From assembly GCF_009914755.1 (NCBI RefSeq), contig NC_060927.1: 64,000 bases of DNA; one strand, written 5' to 3'. Origin of the DNA: the human T2T-CHM13v2.0 reference genome, Homo sapiens. The notes beneath the pieces are model-generated. The model was not told the DNA's origin, searched no databases, and worked only from the letters and a program-made list of their open reading frames with translations. The translations under genes and the position numbers were made by a program. Below are positions 27,760-44,163 of this stretch, one piece after another (within the stretch, counting starts at the first letter, position 1; each line of letters starts with the position of its first letter).

Positions 27760-28190
27760 TGTATCAGTAAGGATTAAGTTTGGCTGTATAGAACAGTGGC
27801 TTCACATTATAGAATTTATTTTTCTCTAAAGTATAAGAAGTTCAGAGGGAGACTGTGCAGTACTGGTGCAGCCCTGCTGTCCCCAGGGTTCCATGCTCTT
27901 CCTGTCCTTCAGTTCTACCATACTAGATGTCGTTTCCATCCTTAAGGTCATGTCACATCTAAGAAGGCTGCGGAAGCTCCAGCCATCATGTCTGAATTCC
28001 AGGATGTAGGGAAGGCAGCCTTTGAGAAAGGCTCTCACACCAGTGCTTTTATCTCATTGGCCAACACTTAGCCTTGTAGTCTCATTTTGCAGCAGGGGAG
28101 GCTAAGAAATGTAGTTTTTCCATGGGGCTCAGAGCTTTGATACTAAGAAGAGTATGGATAGCGGATGGCCACCATGTGTCTACCATGTCT
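27760..28190 (-). mobile_element. MLT1J-like MaLR LTR
   Basis: tgtatcagtaaggatt...ctccagccatcatgtctgaattccagg...ctcattggccaacacttag. Confidence 0.7.
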
Positions 28191-28218
28191 CCTTGACTAT
28201 AATTAAAAATATGATGCA

Positions 28219-28640
<422 letters not shown>

Positions 28641-29029
28641 TCACCCCGGACACTACCTGGCACCCTCCATTCCCAGCACTGCTTGTGGAAGCTCTGTTCT
28701 AAATCACTAGGAGAAAAAAGAATCTGGTGGCACATACTCTACAATGCAAAAGACAGCAAAGTGATGAAACCTCCAGAAGTTGAACCACCAAGAGGCATGA
28801 CAATAGTAAGATGAGTCTTGCCCAATTTGACCATAATGCTCCTGTTTGAAGGCAAAGTCTCAGAATGGGTCAAAAAGTGAAGCTTTATCTATGTGCTTTG
28901 CTTAAGAAATTCTCAAAGTATGCAAAAGACTGGAAGTTGGGCTAGGAGAAAATTTAGAGAAAGAAGAGTTATAAGGAGGGATTATTTAATCAGTGAGGTC
29001 AGGATCTTTGGGGCCAGGGGCAGGCGTGA

Positions 29030-29260
29030 GTGGTGGTTAGGATTTTGACCTCCGAGTTCAGGCTCTGTTAGAAAACCGGTTCACTATTTACAGGCTATGT
29101 GATGTGGGTCTAGGTATTCAACTTCTCTGTGCTGTAGTGTATTCATTCTTATGTCAAACGGGGATAAATGTTAGGACTCTTAGGAGGATTAAATGAGTTA
29201 ATGGATGTAAATGCTTATAAGTGCTTATGGTACCACTCCATAAGTGTTTACCATTATTAC
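29030..29260. mobile_element. MIR
   Basis: ctatgtgatgtgggtc...aacttctctgtg...aggattaaatgagttaat. Confidence 0.7.
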
Positions 29261-29367
29261 TGATGTGTTTGTTATCATTATAAGAAAGTGCAACTGGATC
29301 CCTGCATAACTCCATCAAACCCAATAAAATCCAGATGGTTCAAAAGGTGATTCAAAGATGTAATGTT

Positions 29368-29440
29368 GGCTGCTACCCTAGGCACACTGCCTGTGAATTA
29401 GCCCTGCTCAGCAAACAGCAGTTAAAATAAAATAGAAAGA
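29368..29440 (+). mobile_element. Short retroposed RNA (~56 nt + A-rich tail) with 14-bp TSD
   Basis: TSD aaagat(g/a)taatgtt at 29354-29367 and 29441-29454. Confidence 0.7.
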
Positions 29441-29651
29441 AAAGATATAATGTTAAAAATTCAACTGTGAAAGTGCTAGAGGAAAATATTGCTGGATATT
29501 TTACTAATCTTGAGATGGGAAAGTCCATCCTAAACATGGTATAAAGGCTAGAACTATAAGGAAAATGACTGATCGCTTTGAGTGTGCAAAATTAAACTTT
29601 ACACAGGCATTCTTTAACTGTGTATTTGTTCCTGAAAACATTGTGTGTGTT

Positions 29652-30101
29652 CATGCACACGTATGTTTATTGTGGCACTATTCACAATAGCAAAGACTTG
29701 GAACCAACCCAAATGCCCATCAATGATAGACTGGATTAAGAAAATGTGGCACATATACACCATGCAATACTATGCCACCATAGAAAAGGATGAGTTCATG
29801 TCCTTTGTAGGGACATGGATGAAGCTGGAAACCATCATTCTCAGCAAACTGTCCCAAGGACAGAAAACCAAACACCGCATTTTCTCACTTACAGGCGGGA
29901 ATTGAACTGTGAGAACACTTGGACACAGGATGGGGAACATCACACACCGGGGCCTGTCATGGGGTAGGGGTGGCGGGGGGGATAGCATTAGGAGATATAC
30001 CTAATATAAATGATGAGTTAATGGGTGCAGCACACCAACATGGCACATGTATACATATGTAGCAAACCTGCACGTTGTGCACATGTACCCTAGAACTTAA
30101 A

Positions 30102-30102
<1 letters not shown>
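29652..30102 (+). mobile_element. 5'-truncated L1PA 3' end (ORF2 C-terminus + 3'UTR)
   Basis: WNQPKCPSMIDWIKKMWHIYT... ; ends cctagaacttaaagtat; TSD aaaac(a/t)ttgtgtgtgtt 29635-29651 / 30164-30180. Confidence 0.95.

Positions 30103-30164
<62 letters not shown>
30103..30164. repeat. (TA)31 microsatellite
   Basis: Direct reading. Confidence 0.97.
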
Positions 30165-30168
<4 letters not shown>

Positions 30169-31196
30169 TTTGTGTGTGTTGCAAAATTGGACACTAAAAA
30201 TACCAGGAGTAATGCAACTTTGTAACCAGAACACTTATAAAAACTGTCCATGTGGGGATAACTTGAATAGCCCAGACGGGCAGTTCCCGGCTGTGGCTGG
30301 AGCCACACAAACAATAGAGGGAAAGGCTGTGGGGTGTGTATGTGTGTGTGTTGAGGGGTGGGGGTTGATGGATCTGGGGCTTCTGCTAAGGTGAGCACAG
30401 GAGAAAATACAGCCCCCTGTAAGCTGAGAGCCATGCAAGGCTGAGGTGCTCCTCTCTGGGGATGGAGTCCTACACACAGAGCTTTTTAAGTTCCTATGAA
30501 GTAGTCCTGAAAGGGTTCCTCCTGCCTTTGCAGCATAAGAGCTGAAGGGCTTTTTTCCCATTGAGGGTTGTAAACATTCACACTATTCTGACTTCCCTTG
30601 CCCAATTCAGCTTCATGTGTTGAATTTTGTTGTCCTGGCTGAGCCCCTTGCCTTTTATAGGTGGGGTGTGAGCTTTGCCATTTGACAACCAAGCTTTTTG
30701 TGGCCCAGGAGGGAGTAGAGGAGTAGAAGACAGAAAAGCAAGTCTTGCCTTGTGTATTTTTGTGACCAGGAGAAAGGCATCATTTTGGCAAAAGCCCCAG
30801 GTCTCCCACAGGTGTTCAGTGAAGGTCCTGGCCGCTCTGCTCAGTGTTTGTGAGGGTCGATTTTCCCAGCGCAGGGCACTGCAGGTGCTTGTGAAGAACC
30901 AGATGGCTGCTCATTCCATCCTGCAGCATTTATTCAGTGTCTGCTCTGGCCCTGAGCAGACCCTGTCTTTGCCCTCTTGGAGCTGTGTAGTCCAATGACA
31001 GAGACTGCTGGTAATCAATCACTAAATCAGTGACTACAAATTGTGATGGGTGGAAAATGCCAGGGGCCAAGGGGGTAACTTAGCCCACCTATCTAGAGAG
31101 GTGGCCCTGAAGAAGTCAGTCCATCTGGGATCAGAGGGCAAAGGGGTGGTTGGCAGAGAAGGGAAAAGTGTTCCAGACAGAAGGTCCAGAAGGAGT

Positions 31197-31910
<714 letters not shown>

Positions 31911-32167
31911 AACACTTGTTTTGAAAGATGCTGTGGGCTGACATCTTCTTTTTTTTTTTTTTCAAATCTAGAAAAGAGTTTTCACACTTCCCGAGCTTCT
32001 CCCTTTTTCAGGAGACTGGTTTTCAAAGCACTTTTCTGTACCAGGTGTGTGTCTTCTCTGGTCAAAAAGTAGCCCCTACTCCAGAGTGTACTAAGACTCC
32101 AAGGAAAGTTTGGGAAGAGGAATTCCATGAACCTAATGGTAATCTAATCCCTTTCCTCAGCTCTTAC

Positions 32168-33867
<1,700 letters not shown>

Positions 33868-33869
33868 CA

Positions 33870-34420
33870 TTTAAACATTTTAACGGGTATAGTTCAGTGG
33901 CGTTTAGTACATTCAAAATGTGCACCCATAACCGTTTAGTTCCAGAACATTTTCCTCACCCCAAAAGGAAACCACCTCCCCATTAGCAGTCGCTCCACAT
34001 TGTCCCTTTCCCTTAGCCTCTGCCAGCCGCTAATCTGCTTTCTGTCTCTGTGGACTTACCTGTTCTGGACATTTCATATGAATGGAATCATTCAATATGT
34101 GGTCTTTTGAGGCCGGCTTCTTTCACTTAGCATAATATTTTCAAGGTTCACCATGTTGCAGCGTATATCAGTACTTCATTGCTTACTGTGGCTGAATAAT
34201 ACTTCAGTATATCTACACATTTTGTTTATCCATTCATCTGCTGATGGGTGTTAGGATTGTTTTTATCTGTGCTACTAAGAACACGGGTGTATAAATATCT
34301 GTTTGAGTTCCCACTTTCACTTCTTTTGAAATATAAGCAGTGGCAGGAATTTGCTGAAGTGAAATTGCTGCAACATATGGCAATTGTGTTTGACTTTTTG
34401 AGGAACCTGGTTATGCATGT
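33870..34420 (-). mobile_element. L1MB-like 3' fragment
   Basis: tctgctttctgtctctgtgga...ggacatttcatatgaatggaatca...ttatccattcatctgctgatgg. Confidence 0.8.
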
Positions 34421-34709
34421 TTTTAACTTTGTCACGTGTACCGTAAACATGCTTATGAATTTTACACTTCAGATTGTTTTTATTCCTTTCTTAGATTTAA
34501 TCCCAGGTGCAATTACTGGTTTAAGGATCATGGACACATTTTTGGTTCTCTAAACATACTGTCAAACTGTTTACTGCAAGTGTTGTTCCAATTTACACCA
34601 GCTCCATCTGTCTAAACACTAGTTCAGTTGTGAGCACTTTAATTACATTCATACAGCACTGGATATTTTCATGTAAAATAATCTTCCCTTGGTTATTTGA
34701 TAATTGTAG

Positions 34710-35093
<384 letters not shown>

Positions 35094-37828
35094 TAGCAAA
35101 ACAAATTCAAATCGACAGTAATAGTCTATTTTTTGAGTATTCTCCTGGAGATTTAACTCTGGGCTGAACTTATACACGTTAACTTTTACGTTTAAAATAA
35201 ATTTGTGTACAATTTTTGCTTTGTGTTTTAATATTAGAATCAATCTAACACTAATAACCTGTACTGTAATTATCGCCTGTTTTTTTTTAGTTGTGACATT
35301 TTGGGGCCTCTGTAACAGGATCCTTCCTCCCTTTCCTTTGCCCTGCCCTTCTTGTCCTTTCTTGTTGAGCAACAAACTGGCATGCCCAAGTGGAATGCGC
35401 CACATTCCGTTGCCCTTTAGCCTCACGTTGGACACCCTGTTTCCAAACACGGCTGAGTTGGCTGGATTGGCTGTCTCTGTGTGACTGCTTCTTTGGGGGT
35501 ATGTGTCACCGGGGCTGGTGCATGTATGTGTGAGTAGATGGTAACTCGGTACGTGACACCAGGCTATGTGGAACTCAACTGTGTAATTTTGTGTCCGTTT
35601 TCTTAGAAAGCGTTTCTTCTGTTGGTAATTAAGGCCATGGAATTCTAGAGAACTCCCCAGTGTTGGTTTTCATTCCTGTCTCTGAAGCATAGTTAGTCTT
35701 TCCTTTCCCATCCTATGAGGGTTTCTCTGCTTGTCCTTCTCTCTTCTGGAGATCCCCTTTGCTGTTCACAGCAAGTGAGCTGTCCCTCAGTGGGGAGAGA
35801 GGCAGAAAAGGAAGACTTGGACCTATCCCTTGTCCCTTTGTGGCTGGGGTGTGAGCCAGGGTGGAGTCGGAGGTCTTGCTTCCATTTCTGCCACTGCTTA
35901 GCCTTGAGACTTCCCCCATGTCTCTGAACCTTGCAGGGCCACAGTTTCCCCTTCTGTCTTTTAGATCTGGGTCTCCTCATTTATGAAATGTGTTCCCAAT
36001 CCTCATCCTGCACTGCCTGCTGGCTTGTGAGAGTAAATGAAAGGCAGTAATAGATACAAGTGCTTTGCGTTGTTCAGCAAACATTTATTGAACACTTACT
36101 AGTTACCAGGCAGGGTTCCGGGTGCTGGGCAAACAGCGGAAAGCGAATCAGCATCTGGAGGTGCTGTCGCTACATCCCGAGGCCTCTTGCATGGTGGGAC
36201 CTGCCGCAGGCCAAGCACCCATCTCGAGTCTGCTGCTGGTTTGCTCTGTGACATTTGGCCACCTCCTCAGCTTGAACACAGTGTCCTTTTCCATTCAATG
36301 AGGAGGTTGCGCCAGTAGTTTTTAGCTCTAATGTCCTCTTTGTAATTTGTGGAATCACAACTTTTGTGGTATGGAAAGTAATTACTAAGACTGAATCTCT
36401 GAAGATGTTCAGCTAAAGCTGTAAACTGCATAGTCCCTTGATAGAGAGGAATTTTCTAGAAGGTTGTCTGTCAGATACCACTTACAAAGTATCACATACA
36501 TCTCCAGCACCAGTGTGGCCTATGTATGAGTCTTTATTCCTGCCCTTTAATCCTTATAATTTTAAGAAAATGGAATTGTTTCCAAGTCTGTACAGAATGG
36601 TTTCCAAGTGGCTGAGTAGGTGAGGAGTGTTGTCTTGTGAAGTCATTAAAACATTGCTGTGGGTTTGCAGTCACTGCCATGGGTAATGTGTCATGAGAGA
36701 GGGTTATTGCCTCTAGCCAGAGCGCCTGCCTCCCCAAGCATAGCCAGGGGTCATGCTCTGCACCCACCTCTCTGATGGCCAAGTGGAAAGTTGGTGGGTA
36801 AAGAAATGGAGTGGGAGAGGGACAGGGAGGAAAAAAATAAAAAAGATGGACCTCTGTATGGTGGCCACTATTTGATGAGCGAAGGTCCCTTTTCTTGTTC
36901 TTTGTCACCTTTAATGTGGTCTGTAGCATTCTCTGAAGTCCCAGAGTGTGGCGCCAGGATGGAAGTCCCAGTGTGCAGACTGGAGGCATGCATGTTTAAT
37001 CTGGTACTCAGTATTCAACATTTAGAAATCAGGGACTCTCATAAAAATACAGATCCCTGGTCTCTTGGGTGGAGTCAGCATGTCAAGGACTGGGGGCGTC
37101 ACCGGGAAGTGCTGTGAGTGGCGGCTGCCCCCCAGACACAGCCCTCAGAATGTGCAACTCTTGCTCTCACCGCTCAGAGAAATTTAGGGTATGAAGAAAG
37201 CTTTTCTGCAGCCACTTACCTTTGTTCTACAGAGGAAGAAACTGAGTCCCAGGCATATGAACATGTGATTTGCCAGAGTGATAGGACGAAGTTGAGGGGG
37301 CAGAACCGAGGCTGGGCGTCCTTTCTCCAAACTCTTGAAACTGTGCTCCTGGCCGGCACCCAGGGCCTCTCGGCTTCCAGCAGGTGGCAGTTGTGGTGCT
37401 GGTTTCCTGCCATTGCCTCTTTCTGGCATTCCTTTCCTCCCTCTCCTGTTCTTCTCTCCTCCTTTGCTTTTGCTTGAGCTTTCTCTCACTAGGTTTTTCC
37501 TCTTTCTCTCTCCTGTCTTTTATTCTTCCCTCTCCCCTTGCTGTTTTCTCAGATCTCCTGCCAACTGGGTGAGTGTCTAGGGCTACTTTCCTTCTAGACA
37601 GCTCTTCTGCACACTCTGCTCACCTTGCAGCTACTCAGGTCCCTGTTCTCCTGGGCTTAGAGCCCTCAAGCTCCAGCGTGCAGGCACGAGGCCCAGAAAC
37701 CCTGTTGGAATGATCGCACTCCCTCTCTGGAGGTGGCCACCACTCAGAGCATTTAACTCCTCTGTGGAGGAGGAGGTCCCTTGATCCTAGATAGGCTGAC
37801 TTCTTCTGAGAGTCCACATATCTGTATT

Positions 37829-38420
<592 letters not shown>

Positions 38421-39473
38421 TGAGGTTCTCTGAGTGTTAAATGTTGGACACTAATTTAGAGCTATTGCCTTTGCTGTAAAATGTAAGCATTGCCTCAGGC
38501 ACCTGGCAGGTTTTGTGAAGCTGGCATGTCACCTGAGAATCAGTGCAAATCCCTAGACGGAGGAGTCTCCTCCTAGCCGCTCTCTGCAGGTGAGGATCTA
38601 GCCCCAGTCAGGTGGAGAATGGACACAGCTGCTTCTGCAGCTCTGCACCTTCCAGGTGCCAAGCAGGCTCCAGCACACTTTCTTCACTCCCTGGTGGCCC
38701 TAACTGAAGCCCACATCCTGGGTAGGAGGGTCCATTCCAAATCTTACGCCTTGGGAAAAACCTAGGAAGGGTTATACCTCTGAAGAGGTAAAGAGTCCTT
38801 TTAGGTTATTTTACTTTCAAAGTGATGTCATAAGAATGGTAGGTATTGGATTGACATCTGCTGAGCAATTGAGGGGACATTTACCATCCCATGGGACTTT
38901 CCTCTATGCTGGATAAAGACCTAGGGTGATACTGAGGTGGGTTTGAAAAGACCTTGACACTAGATGGCTCCACCTGCCTCATGTTGCAGGCTGGGCATGT
39001 GTCTGTCCTGGACAGGCAGGGGATTCACAGACTAGTCCTGCCACCGGCTGCTGCTCTCTCCTTCCCTTGTTCCATCACTCTTCTCACACTTACTGTTGCC
39101 TGGCAAAGTAGTAAGGGCTGGGCTGAAGGTAAGGTGGATAATTCAAAGCCTTTTCTCTTGAGGGGCTCACAATTAGTAGGGAAGAGCCACAGAGAATACA
39201 CTTCTAACATCGTAGTGAAGTCATTTATGTACTGAGAACTGTGGAAGCCAGAGAAGAGAGGTTAAGGGAGGCTTTGCAATACAGAGTGACATTTGAATGA
39301 TATTTTAAGATGGAGTTTGCTAGGCAGTGAAGGGCATTCTAGGGAGCTAAAACAGCTGGTCTAAAAACTCAGATTTGTGAAAAAAATGTGTTTGGAAAAT
39401 GGTGAGAAGTTGGTATGCCTTAAGTGAAGGGAAATTGGAGAAAATAGCAGAGGCTGGGCTTGATAAGAAAGGC

Positions 39474-39885
39474 TGTTAGGGTGTTGAGTTAGCTGCTTTA
39501 ACAGAGACCAAAGTAATTGGAACTGTAGCCTCAATAAGGTAGTTGTTTATTTCTTTTACTTTTAAAAGTTCAAGTGGAAGGAGGTCCAGGGTGTTTCAGG
39601 CAGCTGAGGTAGCTCTGGTCATTTCCTGGGCATTGCCTTTACTAATTTAGCTAAGCATGGCTCCAGCACCAGGCCAACTCTGCAACTGGACAGACGGAAA
39701 GGGCATGACTTGGAAGTTCTGTTACATCCTGTTAACCAGGCATGTGGATACACCTTACTGCAGGGAAAGCTGGGAAACACAGTTTTTAGCTGGTTGGCCG
39801 TGGGCCCAGCCACATCTTGGGGGTTGCATGACCAAAAGGAAGAAGTGGCAATTGCATACTGGGAAACACTCAGTAGCCTCTCCTG
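39474..39885 (-). mobile_element. Old MLT1 MaLR LTR
   Basis: ttagctgctttaacagagacc...tgcagggaaagctgggaaacacagtttttagctgg. Confidence 0.55.
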
Positions 39886-39971
39886 TAGAAACGTAGAGGC
39901 AGAATGATGAAGCACTTTATAGGGAGCTGGGAGGTTTTTAAAGAGCAATAGTATGATTTAAAAAGCTCTTT

Positions 39972-40080
39972 GAGAGAATGAGATGGGAGGGTCATTTGAG
40001 GTCAGGAGTTCGAGACTAGCCTGGTCACCACAGTGAGATTCCATCTCTATTTAAAACAAAAAATAAAAAAATAAATAAAT
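39972..40080 (+). mobile_element. 5'-truncated FLAM/Alu monomer
   Basis: TSD aaaaagctcttt at 39960 and 40081; A-rich tail. Confidence 0.8.
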
Positions 40081-40552
40081 AAAAAGCTCTTTTCCAGAAA
40101 TGGCACCAGCCACAATGTGGCCGGCCACCATGGGGCATTACAGTAACTGGGCAAGGAGGCGATGCCGAGGGGTAAGCCTCTCCTTATGGTTGAGCCTGGC
40201 CTTTTGATGGTTTGACAGGCTGGGGGTTGGTGGGATTTTGGGCTGTTGTTATTGCATATCTACCTGAAGCCATGGACCTTTGGGCTTTGGGATTGGTCAG
40301 GAAATTGATGCCCTTCATTTGTGACTTATTTGAGAACACATTTTGACTTGTTTACATTAGCTTGTTACTAATGTGAATTGTAACTGTGGGGAAATGGTGA
40401 CCACAGAGAGCATAAAGGGTTCCTTTCCTCCATGGTGGGCCGGCAGTGTCCATTCACAGCAGGAGCTTGAATAAGCTCCTGTCCTGTGCAGGTTCCTGAC
40501 CCTCCGTGGTTCTGCAGACAAGTTAGTAAATTCTTGCCTCTGCTTCCTGTGC

Positions 40553-40858
40553 TTTTTTTTGTTTTGTTTTGTTTGAGATGGAGTCTCGCTCTGTCACCAG
40601 GCTGGAGTGCAGTGGTGTGATCTCAGCTCACTGCAACCTGACCTCCGCCTCCCAGGTTCAAGTGATTCTCCTGCCTTAGCCTCCCAAGTAGCTGGGTTTA
40701 CAGGCGCATGCCACCACACCCACCTAATTTTTGTATTTTTAGTACAGACGGGGTTTCAACAAGTTGGCCAGGGTGGTCTCGATCTCTTGACCTCGTGTTC
40801 CGCCCACCTCAGCCTCCCAAAGTGCTGGGATTATAGGCGTGAGCCACCGCGCCCGGCT
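40553..40858 (-). mobile_element. AluS (Sc-like)
   Basis: TSD ctgcttcctgtgcttt. Confidence 0.92.
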
Positions 40859-41129
40859 ACTGCTTCCTGTGCTTTAAAGGGGAAAATTATTCCAACACCT
40901 CCCTAATTTGTGATTATGTTTCATTTTACATGCCTACCACAAGTATGAAGTCTTCCACCTGTTTAGAACAAAAACTTCCTGATGATGACATCCTGGGAAT
41001 TCCCCAGCATTTCAAGTGCACCCTCCTAGGAGCTGGGTAGCAGGTGTTGGAGGGGAGATCACAGCTTTTAGTGGAACAGCTGAGGCTGCTCCTACCTGAT
41101 CTGCTGCTTAGTTAGCTGAATCAACTTGA

Positions 41130-41599
<470 letters not shown>

Positions 41600-41834
41600 T
41601 TACGTTTACCTGATGTCAGGCCTTGGATGTGTCCTCCCCTTGAGGCAAACATGGTGTCTCCTTCCATAGGGGGTCTGTGGGGCTTTTGGCCTTGTGGCCA
41701 AGGTTAAGGAGAGCTGCACGGGCCATCTCCATAATCCTATCCCATGTCCTAATTCTTTGGGCCTTTAAAGCATCTGAAAATTTGCTGCTAATGTTTATAA
41801 GGCTGGTCATGTCACAGAAAAATCAAATATACAG

Positions 41835-42132
41835 TTGTTTTTTTTTTTAAAAACAGAGTCTCGCTCTGTCGCCCAGGCTGGAGTGCAGTGGCGTGATCTT
41901 GGCTTACTGTAACTTCTGCCTCCCAGGTTCAAGTGATTCTCTTGCCTCAGCCTCCTGAGTAGCTGGGATTACCAGCGTGCGCCGCTATGCCTGGCTAATT
42001 TTTATACTTTTAGTGGAGACAGGGTTTCACCATGTTGGCCAGTCAGGTCTCGAATTCCTGACCTCAAGTGATCCACCAGCCTCAGCCTCCCAAAGTGCTG
42101 GGATTACAGGTGTGAGCCACTGCGCCTGGGCC
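41835..42132 (-). mobile_element. AluSx
   Basis: Reverse dimer. Confidence 0.9.
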
Positions 42133-43420
42133 AGAGTTTTTTAAAAAGGCATTTTTTCATAGCCTTACCTTTTGATACTTTATCTCACTGGTCATATGCT
42201 TTAAGGAAAAAGATATCACATGGGCACAAGGACCCACACTGTAAATAGGTTGACCTTCAGCCCTGGAAACATGGAAGGACGGGTCAAGTCTCAACTTTTG
42301 GGCAACTGGAAGCATGCTCATAAGTGAGACATTATTCTGAGATTTCTTAGAAGGGACTTTTTTTTTTTTTTCTGGAGTCTGTTGCCTTCCCCACCACCAA
42401 ACAGCATTGACACCAGATGATTCCAGCCTGTTGTGTGGGTGTGTCATGCGGGAATGTGTTGGTTCCCTGCCTGTTCTACTAGGGATAGGCTGGCACTGCC
42501 TTCTGTGGAGCTGCTGTGGAGACAGTTTGACCAGATCCATGTTTAGCCAAGAGATGCTACCGACTAGGTGTCAGCCCTGTTTAACCCCATGTTCCCTCAG
42601 TTACATGGTGGCATTTTGTGGCTGTGAGGTCTTTCCTAGAGATGAACTTCATGGGAACTCACTCTTTGCTTGATAGTGAGAAGAGGAAATGTTGCTTATT
42701 GTGGGCCCATCTTGAGCCTTTGGATGGTGGTTTATTGCTAGTGGGAGATGGGAAGAAATGTGAAAAATCTTCTGCCTTGAGGTTGGGCTATTGCTCTGCC
42801 TGGGGGAGGACATAGCTTCTGTTCCCAGCAGAGCTTTGCAAAGTGACGGAGCAGGTCTGGTCTTGTTTTTGGCTGGCTGAAATACCAAGTATGCTTGCTG
42901 TGACATTTCCCCCATGAGGCAGAGAAGTCCCAGCAGTGAGATAGAGTCCCCCCTCCAGGACTAAAGCTCCAACTAAAATTCTGAATGTCCTCACTTTCTC
43001 ATTTTTAACCCTTTCCTTGACATTTTGGAAAACCATGCTGACTTCCTGAGTGGAAATGCTCTATGGCAAAGCTTTGCATATTGAATTGAGGGAGAGCAGT
43101 TAGTACGGAATGGTAGGAAGCTGCGGGAGGGGTGGGTGCTGACAGGTGTTCTCAGTGGGCTCCTGCCCAAAGGGTGATGAGTCATAACTCTACGTTCTCT
43201 TTTCTCACGAATCCGTATTTTTTTCACCTGTTGAATGGCCTTCTTATTTGACACAAAGTCTCTGGCATTGCTCTTCTTCCAGGCAGAGGTGTTCCATGTT
43301 CTACCTGAGTGTGTACAGGCCCCACAGTTACTGCCTTTCTGCCTTCCTGCCTTCCTGGCCTTGGCTCAAGCAGGGGGAACAGGGAAGGGACTGGTTCTCC
43401 CTGCTGTTCCTGCTTTGGTT

Positions 43421-43472
43421 CTGCAGTGAATCCCTGGCCCTGGCCCTGCAGTGAATCCCTGGCCCTGGCCCT
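43421..43472. repeat. Perfect 25-bp tandem duplication
   Basis: ctgcagtgaatccctggccctggcc x2. Confidence 0.95.
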
Positions 43473-43873
43473 TCCTGCTTCCTGTGACAGTAGCCTCCCG
43501 TGTGGAGCACCCCAGGATCTACTCCCACTGACTGCACCAGTCATTTCCTGTGTGTGTGCAGACATGCACGCATGTGCGAGTGAATGCTCATATGTAAGAC
43601 TGGGCCTTTCTCCTTTAATTTTATCTTACCGTGTTTAGGAATACCTCATACTTTTGGTTCGTCCTCAGCATCTCCTCTTTATTTTCCCTGCTATTGTGTG
43701 GTTTTATTTGTCACAAGTATTTTTTTTTTTCTCTCCTCTGCCCCTTCTAATATCTTGGAGAGGGATGGAGACTGAAGAGTGAGTTTGGTCCTCCACTTGA
43801 TCCAGGTTCTTATTTTTGTTTTCTACTTCAAAGCGAGAACTTGGTACTGTGACTTTGATAAGAATTGACTTCA

Positions 43874-44163
43874 GGCCCAGCAAGATTTCTCATGCCTGTA
43901 ATCCCAGCACTTTGGGGGGCCAAGGCAGGAGGATTGCGTGAGCCCAGGAGTTCGAGACCCACCTGGGCAACATAGGGACCTTGTCTCTACAAAAAATAAA
44001 ATTAGCTGGGTTTGATGGTGCACATCAGTGGTCCTGGCTACTCGGGAGGCCAAGGTGGGAGGAATGCTTGAGGATCGGAGGTCAAGGCTGCAGTGAGCCA
44101 ATATTGTGCCACTGCATTCCAGCCTGGGCAACAGAGTGAGACACTGTCTTAAAAAAAAAAAAA
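43874..44163 (+). mobile_element. AluJ
   Basis: Dimer with poly-A. Confidence 0.9.

Noticed and set aside
29957-30434. ORFs with IYIYIY runs; similarly CVCVCV at 58875 and LCCVV at 12640
   Set aside because: Microsatellite translations.
38686-38700. CTCF-like motif ggccaccagggagtg on the minus strand, and scattered AP-1/E-box/HRE hexamers
   Set aside because: Short motifs are expected by chance in 64 kb and cannot be supported without chromatin data.
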